Origin: an uncultured Pseudomonadota bacterium
GTDB lineage: Bacteria; Oederibacteriota; Muellerivitia; Muellerivitales; Muellerivitaceae
Direction: 5' to 3'
Assembly (NCBI GenBank): GCA_963843375.1
Contig: CAWJKT010000011.1
Location: 1 to 64,000 of the forward strand
Length of the DNA: 64,000 nt
Part shown: positions 11,254 to 22,368 of the stretch, in pieces
Position numbering within the stretch: position 1 is the first letter of the stretch
Layout: every line of letters starts with the position of its first letter
The notes under the pieces: generated by a model
Databases searched by the model: none
What the model saw: only the letters and a program-made list of their open reading frames with translations
Told to the model about the DNA's origin: nothing
Translations under genes and position numbers: made by a program

Positions 11254-13841
11254 ATGGCCAGGCCGAAGAAAAAAAAAGAAACCGAAAAAGAATCCCCCGA
11301 GCTACCCCCGGATTTTGGAGAAGAGACCCCTCCGCCCGTAAAAGGCGGGAAGGCGGCCCCCGCGGGTGATGGGGACGGCGGGGACATCAACCGCGGGAAC
11401 ATCATCTCGACGGACATCGAAAATGAAATGAAGGATTCCTACCTCGATTACGCCATGAGCGTCATCGTGGGAAGGGCGCTTCCGGACGTCCGGGACGGCT
11501 TGAAGCCGGTCCACCGCCGCATTTTCATGGGCATGCACGACTTAAGCCTCACTTCCCGCAAACCCTACCGCAAATCGGCCAAAGTCACCGGCGACGTCAC
11601 CGGTAACTATCATCCCCACGGAACCGCCTCGGTTTACGACACCATCGTCCGCTTGGCCCAGGATTTTTCCATGCGCTACGTGCTGGTCGACGGACAGGGG
11701 AACTTCGGCTCCATCGACGGGGATCCACCCGCCGCCGAACGTTATACCGAAGTGCGCATGTCGCCCTTGGCCGAAGAGCTTCTGAAGGACATCGACAAGA
11801 ATACCGTCGATTTCGTCCCCAACTACGACAATACCCGCGAAGAACCCCTGGTTCTGCCCTGCGCCTTCCCCAACTTCCTCGTCAACGGCTCCACGGGGAT
11901 CGCGGTCGGCATGGCCACCAACGTTCCGCCCCATAACCTGGGGGAAGTGATCGACGGTTTGATGCATTTGATCGACCACCCCGAAGCCACGGTCAAGGAT
12001 CTCATCAAGTTCATCCATGGGCCGGATTTTCCGACGGGCGGCTACATCCTGGGCCGGGAGGGAATCGTCGAGGCTTACACCACGGGCCGCGGATAGCGTC
12101 CGCATGCAGGCCAAGGCCGCCGTGGAAACCGATAAGAAAGACCGGGAACGAATCATCGTTTCCGAACTTCCTTACCAGGTGAACAAGGCCCAATTGATCG
12201 AGAAAATCGCCGAGTTGGTCCGCGACAAAAAGATGGAAGGCATCACCGACCTTCGGGACGAGTCCGACCGCGACGGCATGCGCATCGTCATCGAAGTTTC
12301 CAAAAACATGAACGCCCAGGTGGTGCTGAACAACCTGCTCACCCAAACCTCCCTTCGGACCTCCTTCGGCATCATCATGCTGGCCCTCGTCAACGGCCAG
12401 CCTCGGGTCCTTAACCTCAAGGGGCTGCTCTACCATTACCTGGAACACCGCAAGGAAGTCGTCATCCGCCGCACCAAGTTCGATTTGGACAAGGCCGAGA
12501 AGCGCGCCCATATCCTTGGAGGGCTTGCGCATCGCCATCGACAACCTGGACAAGGTCATCAAGACCATCCGCGCCAGCAAGTCCACCGACGAAGCCAAGG
12601 CGGCCCTGATCGAGTAACTTCGAGCTTTCGCCCATTCAGGCCCAGGCGATCCTGGAAATGCAACTGCGCCAATTGACCAACCTGGAAATCAAAAAAATCG
12701 AGGAAGAGTACAAAGAAATCATCAAGACCATCGAAATGCTCAAGGGCATCCTGGGCTCCGAGAAAAAGCTCTGGCAGGTCATCAAGGATGAGCTTACCGA
12801 AATCAAGACCAAGTACGCCGATCCCCGCCGAAGCGAGATCATCGGCAAGGCCGAAGACCTGAAAGTGGAAGACCTCATCGAGGACGAGCAAGGGGTCATC
12901 ACCCTTTCCCACGCGGGCTACATCAAGCGCATTCCCGGTGGACTCCTATCACAAACAGCGCCGGGGCGGCAAGGGCGTGGCGGGCGCGACCATGCGGGAA
13001 GAAGATTTCATCGAGCGCATGTACACGGCCTCCACCCATGACTTCCTGCTCATCTTCACCAGTTTCGGCAAGGTGCATTGGCTGAAGGTTTACGAGATTC
13101 CCGAATCCTCCCGTTACGCCAAGGGTACGGCCCTGGCCAACGTGCTGAAACTCGGCGAGGGCGAAAAGATTTCCGCCGTCTTGCCGGTCAAGGAATTCAA
13201 CGAAAAGCTGGCCATCCTCATGGCCACCAAGGACGGCCTGATTAAAAACACGTCACTCTCGGCCTTTGACAAACCCAGGGCGGGCGGCATCATCGCCATT
13301 ACCCTGGGCAAGGGGGACAGCCTGGTGTCCGCCTGGATCACCGACGGCAAAGCAGGACATCTTTCTGGCCACCAAGCAGGGGAAGAGCATCCGCTTCCAG
13401 GAAAAGCAGGTAAGGGAAGTGGGACGGGCCGGAAAAGGCGTCCGGGGAATCCGCTTGGCCAAAAACGACCTCGTGATCGGCATGGAAGTGATCCAGGAGG
13501 GAAAGTCCCTTTTAACCGCCACCGAAAAGGGCTATGGCAAGCGTACCAAACTGTCCGCCTACCGCCGGCAGGGGAGGGGCGGCAAGGGCATCCTCAATAT
13601 CAAAACAACCGCCAAAAACGGACTGGCCATCAGTATCACTTCGGTGGGGGATGAGGACGAGATCATCGCCATGACCAAGGAAGGCAAGGTCATCCGCCAA
13701 AGGGTAAAGGAAATAAAAACCACGGGACGTTTGGCGCAAGGCGTCCGTTTGATTAAAATGGGCGACGATGACCGGCTGGTTTCGGTGATCAACGTGCCGA
13801 AGGATGAAGAGAGCGAGGGAGGGAGCGATAGTGAAAAGTAA
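11254..13841 (+). CDS. gyrA: DNA gyrase subunit A (several frameshifts between about 12090 and 13350)
   Basis: [40 protein letters not shown]; GyrA box QRRGGKG; C-terminal beta-pinwheel repeats spread over several frames. Confidence 0.96.
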
Positions 13842-16800
13842 ATATTTCCTCACCCTTTTCCTTATCGGGGTTCTTCCCCTGCTGGTGTTGGCGGGCGTCT
13901 ATTATTGGATGGCCTATAATCAAAAACCTGCCCCGGCTCCCGTCACCACTGTGAATACCAACGCCCTGCAGACCACCATCTCGATTCTTCAGTCCCAGCT
14001 TTCCACCATGGCCTCCACTCTCAAGGCCGCCATCGAAGGGACTTACCAAAACGTTTCCGGGTTGGTGGCCAACCACACGGACGCGGATTTGGACAATTTC
14101 GTGAAATCCCATCCAGGTCTGGAGGGAGTCGCCGTATTGTCGATGGACGGCAAACTGCAAAAGACCATTCCGGCCACCGCCCAATTGGCCGATCCTACCT
14201 ATGGGTCTTCCGAAGAATTCCAAAAAATGATTTCCAAATTCAAGGAGAACGGCGGCAAGACGGACCTTTTCTACACTCAAAGGCTCAACTATCCGGCTTT
14301 TATTTTCTCCATTCCTCTGGATTCCCATACACTCGTCCAGGCGGTCCTCAATCTCTCCTATTTCTTCCGGGCCATCGATCCTAAAAGCGGGGAAATATTT
14401 CTCCTCGACGCCGATTCGGGTCAATACTTTTACCATTCCAACCCCGCCAAATTGCAGACCGCTTTTAATCCGAACCAAGAAACTTGGCTCACCCATGTGC
14501 AACAGGCCCTGATAGGTAAACAAAGCGGCTCGGAACTGAACCCTCCGACTTCTGCGGCGGTTTATTCCTACGTGGGCCTCAAGGCCTTCGGTATCGTCCA
14601 CATCGTTCCTTTCTCGATTCTGCAGCCGCCCTCGCCAGTTTCAACACCGATCACCCACTCCGGGGTCCAACGATTACAGGAAATCATCCAGGATCCTACC
14701 GGCTTTTTGATCGGCGTCGCCGCGGTCGCGTCCCTGGGCTGGATTCTTTTGGTGGGTTCCCTTTGTTTGGGGATGATCCTCAAGCCCCTGCGCAAGGCCA
14801 GCGCCCTGGTTTTAAACGCCGCCCAGGGAAACGGCGGAAATTTCCGCCCAATCAGCCAAGGCCTACGGCAACGACGAGGTGGGACAAATGGTTCAGTCGG
14901 CTTCCCTTCTTCTTCAAAAGTTGGAGCAGGATAGACAACAAGCCGCTCAGGAAACGGAAGAAGCGCTAAGGCGCGGCCGTACTGAAGTGGAAGCAAAATC
15001 CAAGGAAGCCGCCAATCAGGTTGCCGCCGCCCAGCAACAGGCCAACGCCGCCAAGAACGAGGCGAATGAGAAAAACCAACAGCTCAACGACAAACTCAAA
15101 GAACTCGACGCCTTGAAAAGCATGTCCGAGGGGCTCCGGGGCCAAACCGAACAGGCCAAGACTGAAATCGCGAAACTGAAAGGCCAGGCCGCCACCGCGG
15201 AAGAAGGGAAGGCTGAGGTCCAGAAGAAACTCACTCAGGCACAGTCACAGTTCGAAACCCAGTTGAAGGAAATGGAAGGCAAGCTGCTTTCGGTTGTGGC
15301 GGCTTCTTCGGCCATCCAGGTTTCGCAAGTGCGGGCGGCGGCCATCCGTACCATGTCGGAAGAATTAAAAACGACCTTGGGCATTATTAAAGGCTATGTT
15401 TCCTCGGCCCTGGGAGCCACCCAAGGCGGCATCAGCGAGAAGCAGCAGGAATTTCTCGGGATGGTCATCAACCGGTCAGCCCGGCTGGAAAAATTTATCA
15501 ATGACCTGGTGGACATCTACCAGGTTGAAATCGAACAGGCCAAGGCCCAATACGAGGACATCAACTTGGCTTCGGAAATCGAAGGATTGGCTTTCAACTT
15601 CCAGGCCCAATCCGAAGTGAAAAACATCAAAATGAAAGTCGAGACCAAGGGAACCGTTCCGAACGTTCCCGTCGTACGCCGACGATTTACTCAGTTATGG
15701 AATATTCTTTACCTTCAGATGATCAAGGACGCCCCGCGGATCCAGTATCCCCATCACGGTGGAAGCTATTGGCGACAATGTAAAGGTCACGGTTCAGGAC
15801 CCGGGCTTGATTGTCGTCCCCGAAAGCCTGCCTCGGTTGTTCGATGAGTTTTATGATCCCAAGCACCCGGCCTCGACCCAATTGGCTGGAACGGGTCTCA
15901 AGTTCGCCCTGGTAAAAACTATTTTGGCCGCCAATGGCGGCGGAGCCGTGGCAGAAAAAGGCGATCCCGGTACCCGTTTGATTCTCACCTTCCCGATGAA
16001 GATCAAAAAACCGGGAGAGGTTTCCGCCCCCCCCGCAGGACTTGGACAAAAGCCCGCACCTTCCATCGGGTCATCGCCCGCGATTCCACCGGCTGCCGTG
16101 CCCGGAATGGGCTTTCCCAAACCGGCTGTTTCCCCACTTGGAGCCCCCCCAAAACCATTGGGCCCTATCCCTCCCTCTCCCGGGGTTCCCGGAATAAAAC
16201 CAACTACACCTGGGTTGCTGGATTCTCTCATATCCAAAGTCCCGCCGGTTACTGCCCCCGGCCTTAAACCGCCTCCTTTGGTTCCAGGAGCCATTCCTTC
16301 TCCTCCAACCGCGCCCGGCGTTCCATCAGCTGTTCCTAATCCCGCTGCAGGTTCGCCAAGCTCACCAGGGATAGGAGTGAAGCCCCCCTTGCCGCCTTCT
16401 CCCGCGCCTCCAAGTCCGACGGGTGGAGGTCTCAACCGCCCGACGGTGCCAGGATTAAAACCTCCTTCGTCTACTTCCAACTTTTTGGATTCTTTGATGG
16501 AAAAGAAACCTGCCGAGCCCCCCGTCCCCTCCGCTTCGGGGACATCAGGTATTGGGTCAGGCACCGGGCCCTCTATTCCATCCTCTCCTCTCGTGGGGGC
16601 ACCGAAACCTCCTATCCCCATTCCCGGTATGCCTACCGCGCCGAAGCCTCCAATCCCCATTCCCGGCATGCCTACCGCTCCTAAACCTCCGACTCCACCT
16701 ATTGGCGCTCCACCGATAGCTCCGAAACCTGCGGCGCCTTCCATTCCTCCCGCTTTGGGCGCTCCGGGAATGGGTTTGCCTGGGATGCCGCCCGCCGCAC

Positions 16801-17018
16801 CCAAGGTCATTCCGACCAGCGTGAAACCGACGACACCGCCTAAAGGAACCTTTGATTTGGATAATATTGATGGAATGAAGTTGGATGCAGGAGCACCCAA
16901 ACCTCCTTTGCCGCCTCCAGGAATTCCGAAACCTCCCCTCCCCGGCGTTCCACCTGCCGGATTGGACGCCTCCAAACCGATGAAAGGCAAAGAAACCGAT
17001 GGGGAACTCATCGAATAG
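13831..17018 (+). CDS. Membrane sensor histidine-kinase-like protein with degenerate catalytic motifs and Pro-rich tail (probably one gene; frameshifts near 14850 and 15740)
   Basis: TM, periplasmic Cache-like region, TM, HAMP-like, coiled coil, HisKA-like (MSEELKTTL), HATPase-like (QDPG, LFDEFY, GTGLKF), then about 330 aa Pro-rich; GTG start overlaps the gyrA stop. Confidence 0.7.
16599..16690 (+). repeat. 39-bp coding tandem repeat (APKPPIPIPGMPT x2 plus partial)
   Basis: Visible in both DNA and protein of the Pro-rich tail. Confidence 0.8.
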
Positions 17019-17139
17019 TTTGAGATCCGAAAGCCGGATTTCCTAAAAATCGCCGAAACTTTCACGGCTTTTTGCTTTTCGATTCATCTCAAGGTCGGAA
17101 ATATTTATTCTTCCGGAGAATCAAAAGGACCCCACACCC

Positions 17140-19167
17140 ATGGTTCAAAAAAGAAAACGAAATTTCCATCACCGGTATTTGCTTCCTGTCCTATGTCTGG
17201 GAATTATTCTTCCCCAAATGGGATGGACCCTTCAGCCGGTGTCTTGCGTCCTCGCCTTGGCGGCCGGGGGAGGATCAGCGGGTTTCCGGGACGGAAGTTT
17301 TACTTCGGCTCTTTTCAAAAAACCCCTGGGCATGGCCGCCAGTTCGGACGGCACCCGTCTCTTTGTGGCTGATTCGGGAAATAACCGTATCCGGGAGATA
17401 CACCTGGACCAAAAAAATGCGGTCACCACCCTCACCGGGCAGGACAAGTCTGGAAAGCAGAATGGACCTTTGGCCTCCGCTCTTTTCAACCAGCCACAAG
17501 CCCTTGTTTACCGCGAGGGGGAACAATTGGTGGTTTATGATTCCGGTAATAAGCTGCTTCGACTTATTGATTTGACGAAGGGGATCGTCTCCACTATCGC
17601 GGGAAGTTCACCCACCACCCAAGCCGAAGGCCCCGCTTCACTGGTTTCCATGGCGGGCATTCAGGATATGGCCTATCTTCCAGGGGCCGATTCCCTTTTT
17701 TTCACCCAGCCCGAAAAAGCTTCGTTGAAGAGACTGGATTTAAAAACAGGCCAAGTATTTTTGGTCCCTCTCGGGGCGGGGATTTCTGGACATCCGGACG
17801 TTCTTTGCGTCTCTAATAACCGCTTGTACCTGGACGTCAACCCGCAGTCGCAGGTTTTTGCTTTCGATTGGAAAGATGGCGCCCTCTCGGGCCCGGTTTC
17901 AGTGGCCACCACCACAGGGACTGTCATAGCTCTTACCGCGAGCGGGGATTATCTTTACGCGCTTCAAGGTGGCGATAAGGCCCCCCTGCAGCGCTTGTTA
18001 CCGCAAAACCAGCCCGTTTCTTTCACTTCGGTTTGGGGTGATGAAATACCCGACCCGGGAATGTGGCTGGCTTCCTTCAATCGATTGGGACTCCTTCTTC
18101 CGGTAGGATTCGTTTCCGATCCCTTGGAACCGAGAAAGCTTTATATTGGCAACCCCCTTTGGAACATGATTACTTCCTTCCGCGATTTGTACGGCAACCA
18201 GGATGTCAATGGCGATATGGGCACCATCGAACCTCCCTTCCATAAACCGCCCCACACCTTTCGGATTCTTTTGGTGGGGGACTCCAGGTCGGCCATGATG
18301 GTCGGCTACCAATTTCCGACCACTTTCAATACCCACACCGGTGGCCAATATCCACCCGAAGTCACTTTCACCCGCCGGTTGGAACTGGAGCTCAATACCC
18401 TCGCCGCACTGGATGATGCTCCCGTCAAATTCGAGGTTTTTAAATATTCGGATTCCGCCTCTATTCCGTTGTTCCTATGGCCCTATTATCGCGTTCCGCC
18501 AGTCGCTCAAAAAGAAGACGTCGATTTGGTGATTATCATGCAGCCGCCCTCGACGGAAGGGCAGTTTCCCTTCAAGTTTTATTTCCTTCGGCCCATTACG
18601 CCGGAAGGAATCCCCGCGGCCACTAACGACATCGAATATATGCTGCATCCGCCCGCGCCGAGGATACCCAGTGGGGCCCCGAGAAAGTTTTACGACCTCT
18701 GCAAGGCCAAGCATCTTGTCCATGTGGAGGGCAATAATTTCGTCTTTGATAACGCCCTTTTTTCCGACCCCGATATCCACGAACCTTTAGTCGAAATGTA
18801 TGGAAAACCCTTAGACCTTTTGAACCAGAAGCTTTCTACCATAAAAAATTCCTCCGGTCAGCCGGTGCGATTGTTGCTTTGGTCCACTCATACGGGAATC
18901 GACGCTTTGGTGGAAGACCCACGGATTTGGGCGGACCTGGCTCAAAAATATAAGATCCCTTTCCTGGATGACAACGACGAGATGACGGCCCTTCAACTTT
19001 CCTATTTTCCCCTCAGTGAAATAGGGGGAAATAACCACATGAATCCCGACGGCCATTTTTTTCTCGCTAGGCTCCTGGCCCACGATTTGATCAAAAAGGG
19101 CCTCATCCCTTGGAGCGGGACGGCTCCAACTCCCCAACCTTCGCCCGACTCGGTTGCCCATCCTTAA
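17140..19167 (+). CDS. Secreted NHL-repeat protein fused to an SGNH-like domain
   Basis: Signal peptide; NHL motifs (FKKPLGMA..LFVADSGNNRIR, FNQPQAL..VYDSGN); ILLVGDS and HMNPDGH SGNH-type blocks. Confidence 0.7.
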   Translation: MVQKRKRNFHHRYLLPVLCLGIILPQMGWTLQPVSCVLALAAGGGSAGFRDGSFTSALFKKPLGMAASSDGTRLFVADSGNNRIREIHLDQKNAVTTLTGQDKSGKQNGPLASALFNQPQALVYREGEQLVVYDSGNKLLRLIDLTKGIVSTIAGSSPTTQAEGPASLVSMAGIQDMAYLPGADSLFFTQPEKASLKRLDLKTGQVFLVPLGAGISGHPDVLCVSNNRLYLDVNPQSQVFAFDWKDGALSGPVSVATTTGTVIALTASGDYLYALQGGDKAPLQRLLPQNQPVSFTSVWGDEIPDPGMWLASFNRLGLLLPVGFVSDPLEPRKLYIGNPLWNMITSFRDLYGNQDVNGDMGTIEPPFHKPPHTFRILLVGDSRSAMMVGYQFPTTFNTHTGGQYPPEVTFTRRLELELNTLAALDDAPVKFEVFKYSDSASIPLFLWPYYRVPPVAQKEDVDLVIIMQPPSTEGQFPFKFYFLRPITPEGIPAATNDIEYMLHPPAPRIPSGAPRKFYDLCKAKHLVHVEGNNFVFDNALFSDPDIHEPLVEMYGKPLDLLNQKLSTIKNSSGQPVRLLLWSTHTGIDALVEDPRIWADLAQKYKIPFLDDNDEMTALQLSYFPLSEIGGNNHMNPDGHFFLARLLAHDLIKKGLIPWSGTAPTPQPSPDSVAHP

Positions 19168-19273
19168 CCGGAGGCTCAAAAGCTCTGTTGAGGGTTTTTC
19201 CATTACAATTTCCAAAGGCAAAATGAGCAGTATTCCCGGAGTTTGAAAGGTTCGCTCAAAATTTACTGTTCGA

Positions 19274-19298
19274 TGGTTCGAGTCCAAGGCGGGGAGCC
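19274..19298 (+). pseudogene. tRNA 3'-end remnant (T-arm plus acceptor strand, Asn-like)
   Basis: TGGTTCGAGTCCAAGGCGGGGAGCC; no matching 5' half. Confidence 0.4.
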
Positions 19299-19302
19299 TT
19301 TA

Positions 19303-19974
19303 ATGAATTTGGTCGTTTTCGATATCGATGGAACCCTTATCAAACACCACCCGAAGAGAAACGATAAAGCCTATGTTCGGACCGTCCAAGAAGTTTTCGG
19401 CCTGACGATCCCGGACAATTGGTCGGGATATGTCAACTCCACGGATTCAGGAATCCTCAATGAGATCGCCGAAGAACGCTTCGCGCGGATGGCCTCAGAA
19501 AAAGAAATATTACTCTTCAAAGAAAATATGGCACTGTGGCTGGAGAGGGAGTATGCAAGTGAGCCTTTCAAAGCCCATGCCGGGGCAAAGGCACTTTGGG
19601 ACAGTCTTTTAAATCATGAGACTTGGAAATCCGCAGTAGGAACTGGAAATTGGGGATTTTCGGCGCGCTTCAAATTAAACAGCGCGGGATTCGAGATCGG
19701 CAAAGTCCCTTTGGGATCCTCCGACGACGGCGAAACCCGTGAGGGGATTTTGGGAGCAAGTCTCGAAAAAGCCAAAACCTTTTACAAAGTCCACGAGTTT
19801 AAAAAAATTGTTTACGTCGGTGATTGGATTTGGGATGTCCGGGCGGCCAAAGCCTTGGGTTGGAAGTTCATCGGTATTGCCCGGGATAGGGAAGCAACAG
19901 CCCTCAGGGAAGTCGGAGCGGAAACCATATTGCCGGATTTTCATGAATTGATGGCTTACTTGGATAGGGTTTAA
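19303..19974 (+). CDS. HAD-family hydrolase
   Basis: VVFDIDGTL motif I, GTGN motif II, YVGDWIWD motif IV. Confidence 0.88.
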   Translation: MNLVVFDIDGTLIKHHPKRNDKAYVRTVQEVFGLTIPDNWSGYVNSTDSGILNEIAEERFARMASEKEILLFKENMALWLEREYASEPFKAHAGAKALWDSLLNHETWKSAVGTGNWGFSARFKLNSAGFEIGKVPLGSSDDGETREGILGASLEKAKTFYKVHEFKKIVYVGDWIWDVRAAKALGWKFIGIARDREATALREVGAETILPDFHELMAYLDRV

Positions 19975-20149
19975 GAAAAGTTTTGATTTTACGATCTCAT
20001 AAAGGGTACAAATCCATCCCGTTCCTGTAAACGTGGAATTGACCTAATTTAGGCTCAATTTGATAGTTTTTTTTCAAAAATAGAATCAGAATTCCGGTAG
20101 AATTGAGCCATATTCCTTGTTTTAACTTTAAAACCGAAAGCGACGGTTA

Positions 20150-21148
20150 ATGAAGTTTCAAAAAATTCCCTTATTATTCTTGTTAGGGGTTGGCTCGGCC
20201 GTTGGACCTTCCTGGTCCGCAATAGATGATTCCTCCACCCAGGCTTATTTCGCCACGGTCCAAGGTAAGGTAAAGATTTTAAGGCCATCGCAGACAGAGG
20301 CCAGAAATGCCCACACCCATTCCAAGGTAAACGAAGGCGACCGCATCACCACTGGAAAAAAATCCAAGGCCACTTTGGTGATGTTTGACGGTTCCGAACT
20401 GGAAATTGCCCCGGAATCGTCAATGACCATTGCCAAACTTCAAAAGCCGTCCGAACTGGACAAGATACTGCAGTTCAAGCTTTTAGTCGGTCATTTGTTG
20501 GCAAAGGTCAAGAAGCTGACTTCCACCCAATCCTCTTTTGAAATCCAAGCCGGTGGGGTGGTTTGCGGCGTCCGGGGAACGGAATTCGCGATTCAATACC
20601 TACCCAAAACGCATTCCTTGTTCGTAAACGTTCTCGAGGGTTCGGTCTACACGCGAATGGGACAAAAAGAAATCACCATTGCAGCGGGCCAAAGGGCCCA
20701 TTTCACTCACGTCCCCAGTTCCGTTTCTAACAGCCAAGGCTCGAGCGATCAAGGCTCCAGTTCCAACGGTAAAAAGGGACTGGCGCCTAATACGAGCGGG
20801 CAAAACAACAATGGGACAGGTTCCACCTCACAGAGTACCAACAGCACGACGGCCAATTCGAATGGAACTGGGAATAATAATGAAACTACCTCGGACACCA
20901 ACAGCGGCGCCAATGGGAACAGCGGGAACACCAATGGGAGTGAAAATCCAACCACCGGTTCCTCCAATAGCCCCTCTCCGGGATCGCAAGGAAACGGCTC
21001 AACGGTTTTACAGACCAACTCGGCCTTGGGCGATTTGAACAACCAATTCGTCGGGGGAATTTTAATCAACGGGGAAAATAACCTGACCCAGGCCCAACAA
21101 ACTCTTAATATTCATGTCGTGGTCCCGCCCGGGGAGGCTGTGCCATGA
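20150..21148 (+). CDS. FecR-domain secreted protein with Ser/Asn/Gly-rich linker
   Basis: Signal peptide; GDRITTG, FDGSEL, CGVRGTEF, VLEGSV FecR-like motifs. Confidence 0.8.
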   Translation: MKFQKIPLLFLLGVGSAVGPSWSAIDDSSTQAYFATVQGKVKILRPSQTEARNAHTHSKVNEGDRITTGKKSKATLVMFDGSELEIAPESSMTIAKLQKPSELDKILQFKLLVGHLLAKVKKLTSTQSSFEIQAGGVVCGVRGTEFAIQYLPKTHSLFVNVLEGSVYTRMGQKEITIAAGQRAHFTHVPSSVSNSQGSSDQGSSSNGKKGLAPNTSGQNNNGTGSTSQSTNSTTANSNGTGNNNETTSDTNSGANGNSGNTNGSENPTTGSSNSPSPGSQGNGSTVLQTNSALGDLNNQFVGGILINGENNLTQAQQTLNIHVVVPPGEAVP

Positions 21149-22368
21149 TCCCTACCGCTTTTATGAAACAAAAAGTTTCTTTCTTGCTTCGATCTCTTCG
21201 AGGCTTTTGCTTTGTCGTTTTAGTCCTGGCCCTTTTCGGAAAGGATTCACTCCTTTTGGCCCAAGCCGAAGATTCACCGGCCAAAACCCCGGTCCCTTGG
21301 GGGACCTTGGACATTGGCGCTCAGGGTGTGGGATGGGAAACCAATAGTTCACCTTCCTTTCCCGATAACGGCTGGGAGCTTTTAACCCCCCTCACTTTGT
21401 CGGCCATCCCCTGGACTGGCGGCCGGATTTTTGCCCAAACCGAATATGCCGCCGGGGACTATACCGATTCGGCAGACGGGACTGAAACCCTCTCCTTAAG
21501 GCATTTTTCGGACACGGTATTAGGCTTTGAGACCGATTTCAAAAGTTTTAATCTTCCTTCCCTCTTGAGTGTCGGAATCAATATTCCCACTGGAGACCCC
21601 GCTTGGGAGACCGAACAATCCAATTCCATCGTGCCAACGGAATTCATCGATAGCGACTACCGGGGAAGGGGATTCGGGACCAGCCTGCTTTACGGGCTTT
21701 CCCTCCAGGCGGGAGGGGAACAATTCGCGATGGCGGCGGGTTATATGTATACGGGAGCTTTCAACCCCTATTACGGCCAGGTGGGCAGTTTAACTGAGCA
21801 ATTAAAACTGGGGGATTCGGTATTCCTTTCCTTGAACCGCTTGGTGAACCATAGTGGCGGCCAAAGCGATGTCATCCGGTTGTCGGCTTTTTATTTCCTA
21901 CCCACCCAATTGAACGGTTCCAATCTTTTGGAGATGGGACCCAACCTGAACGCTTCTTACTGCTGGTCAAATCCCAAGGCCTTTTCCTTTGAGGCGGGGG
22001 CGCAGTATTTTCTTCCAACCCAGTCGGCCGTCAACGGTCAACTTGTCTCCGGCTCCAATGATTCCCTGGGCGCCCGGTTCTATTTAACACCCAGCTACGC
22101 CTTCGGCGATTTCACTCTCCTGGGGCGGGCGAAATATATTCTGGCCAACGATTATCCCGAAAGCGACCCGCTTTATGACGGGGGCGGTTTTCTCTTGGGC
22201 CTGGAACCCTCTTACCGTCTTAAACTCGACGCATCCTCCCATCTAAAGTTTTCCGCAGGCTATGACTTTGTGCTCTGGCAGAACGGTTCCTATGACAGCC
22301 TTGGTGACCGAGTCAATGTGGAATACGGCCGTTTGACCTTGGGGACCTATTACGAGGTGAGCTTATGA
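21145..22368 (+). CDS. Putative outer-membrane beta-barrel protein
   Basis: Signal peptide; alternating aromatic beta-strand pattern; GINIPTGD; C-terminal TLGTYYEVSL. Confidence 0.6.
   Translation: MIPTAFMKQKVSFLLRSLRGFCFVVLVLALFGKDSLLLAQAEDSPAKTPVPWGTLDIGAQGVGWETNSSPSFPDNGWELLTPLTLSAIPWTGGRIFAQTEYAAGDYTDSADGTETLSLRHFSDTVLGFETDFKSFNLPSLLSVGINIPTGDPAWETEQSNSIVPTEFIDSDYRGRGFGTSLLYGLSLQAGGEQFAMAAGYMYTGAFNPYYGQVGSLTEQLKLGDSVFLSLNRLVNHSGGQSDVIRLSAFYFLPTQLNGSNLLEMGPNLNASYCWSNPKAFSFEAGAQYFLPTQSAVNGQLVSGSNDSLGARFYLTPSYAFGDFTLLGRAKYILANDYPESDPLYDGGGFLLGLEPSYRLKLDASSHLKFSAGYDFVLWQNGSYDSLGDRVNVEYGRLTLGTYYEVSL

Noticed and set aside
15851..17065. 404-aa Gly-rich ORF on the - strand
   Set aside because: Antisense shadow of the Pro-rich tail (CCN codons read as GG-containing codons); no independent coding evidence
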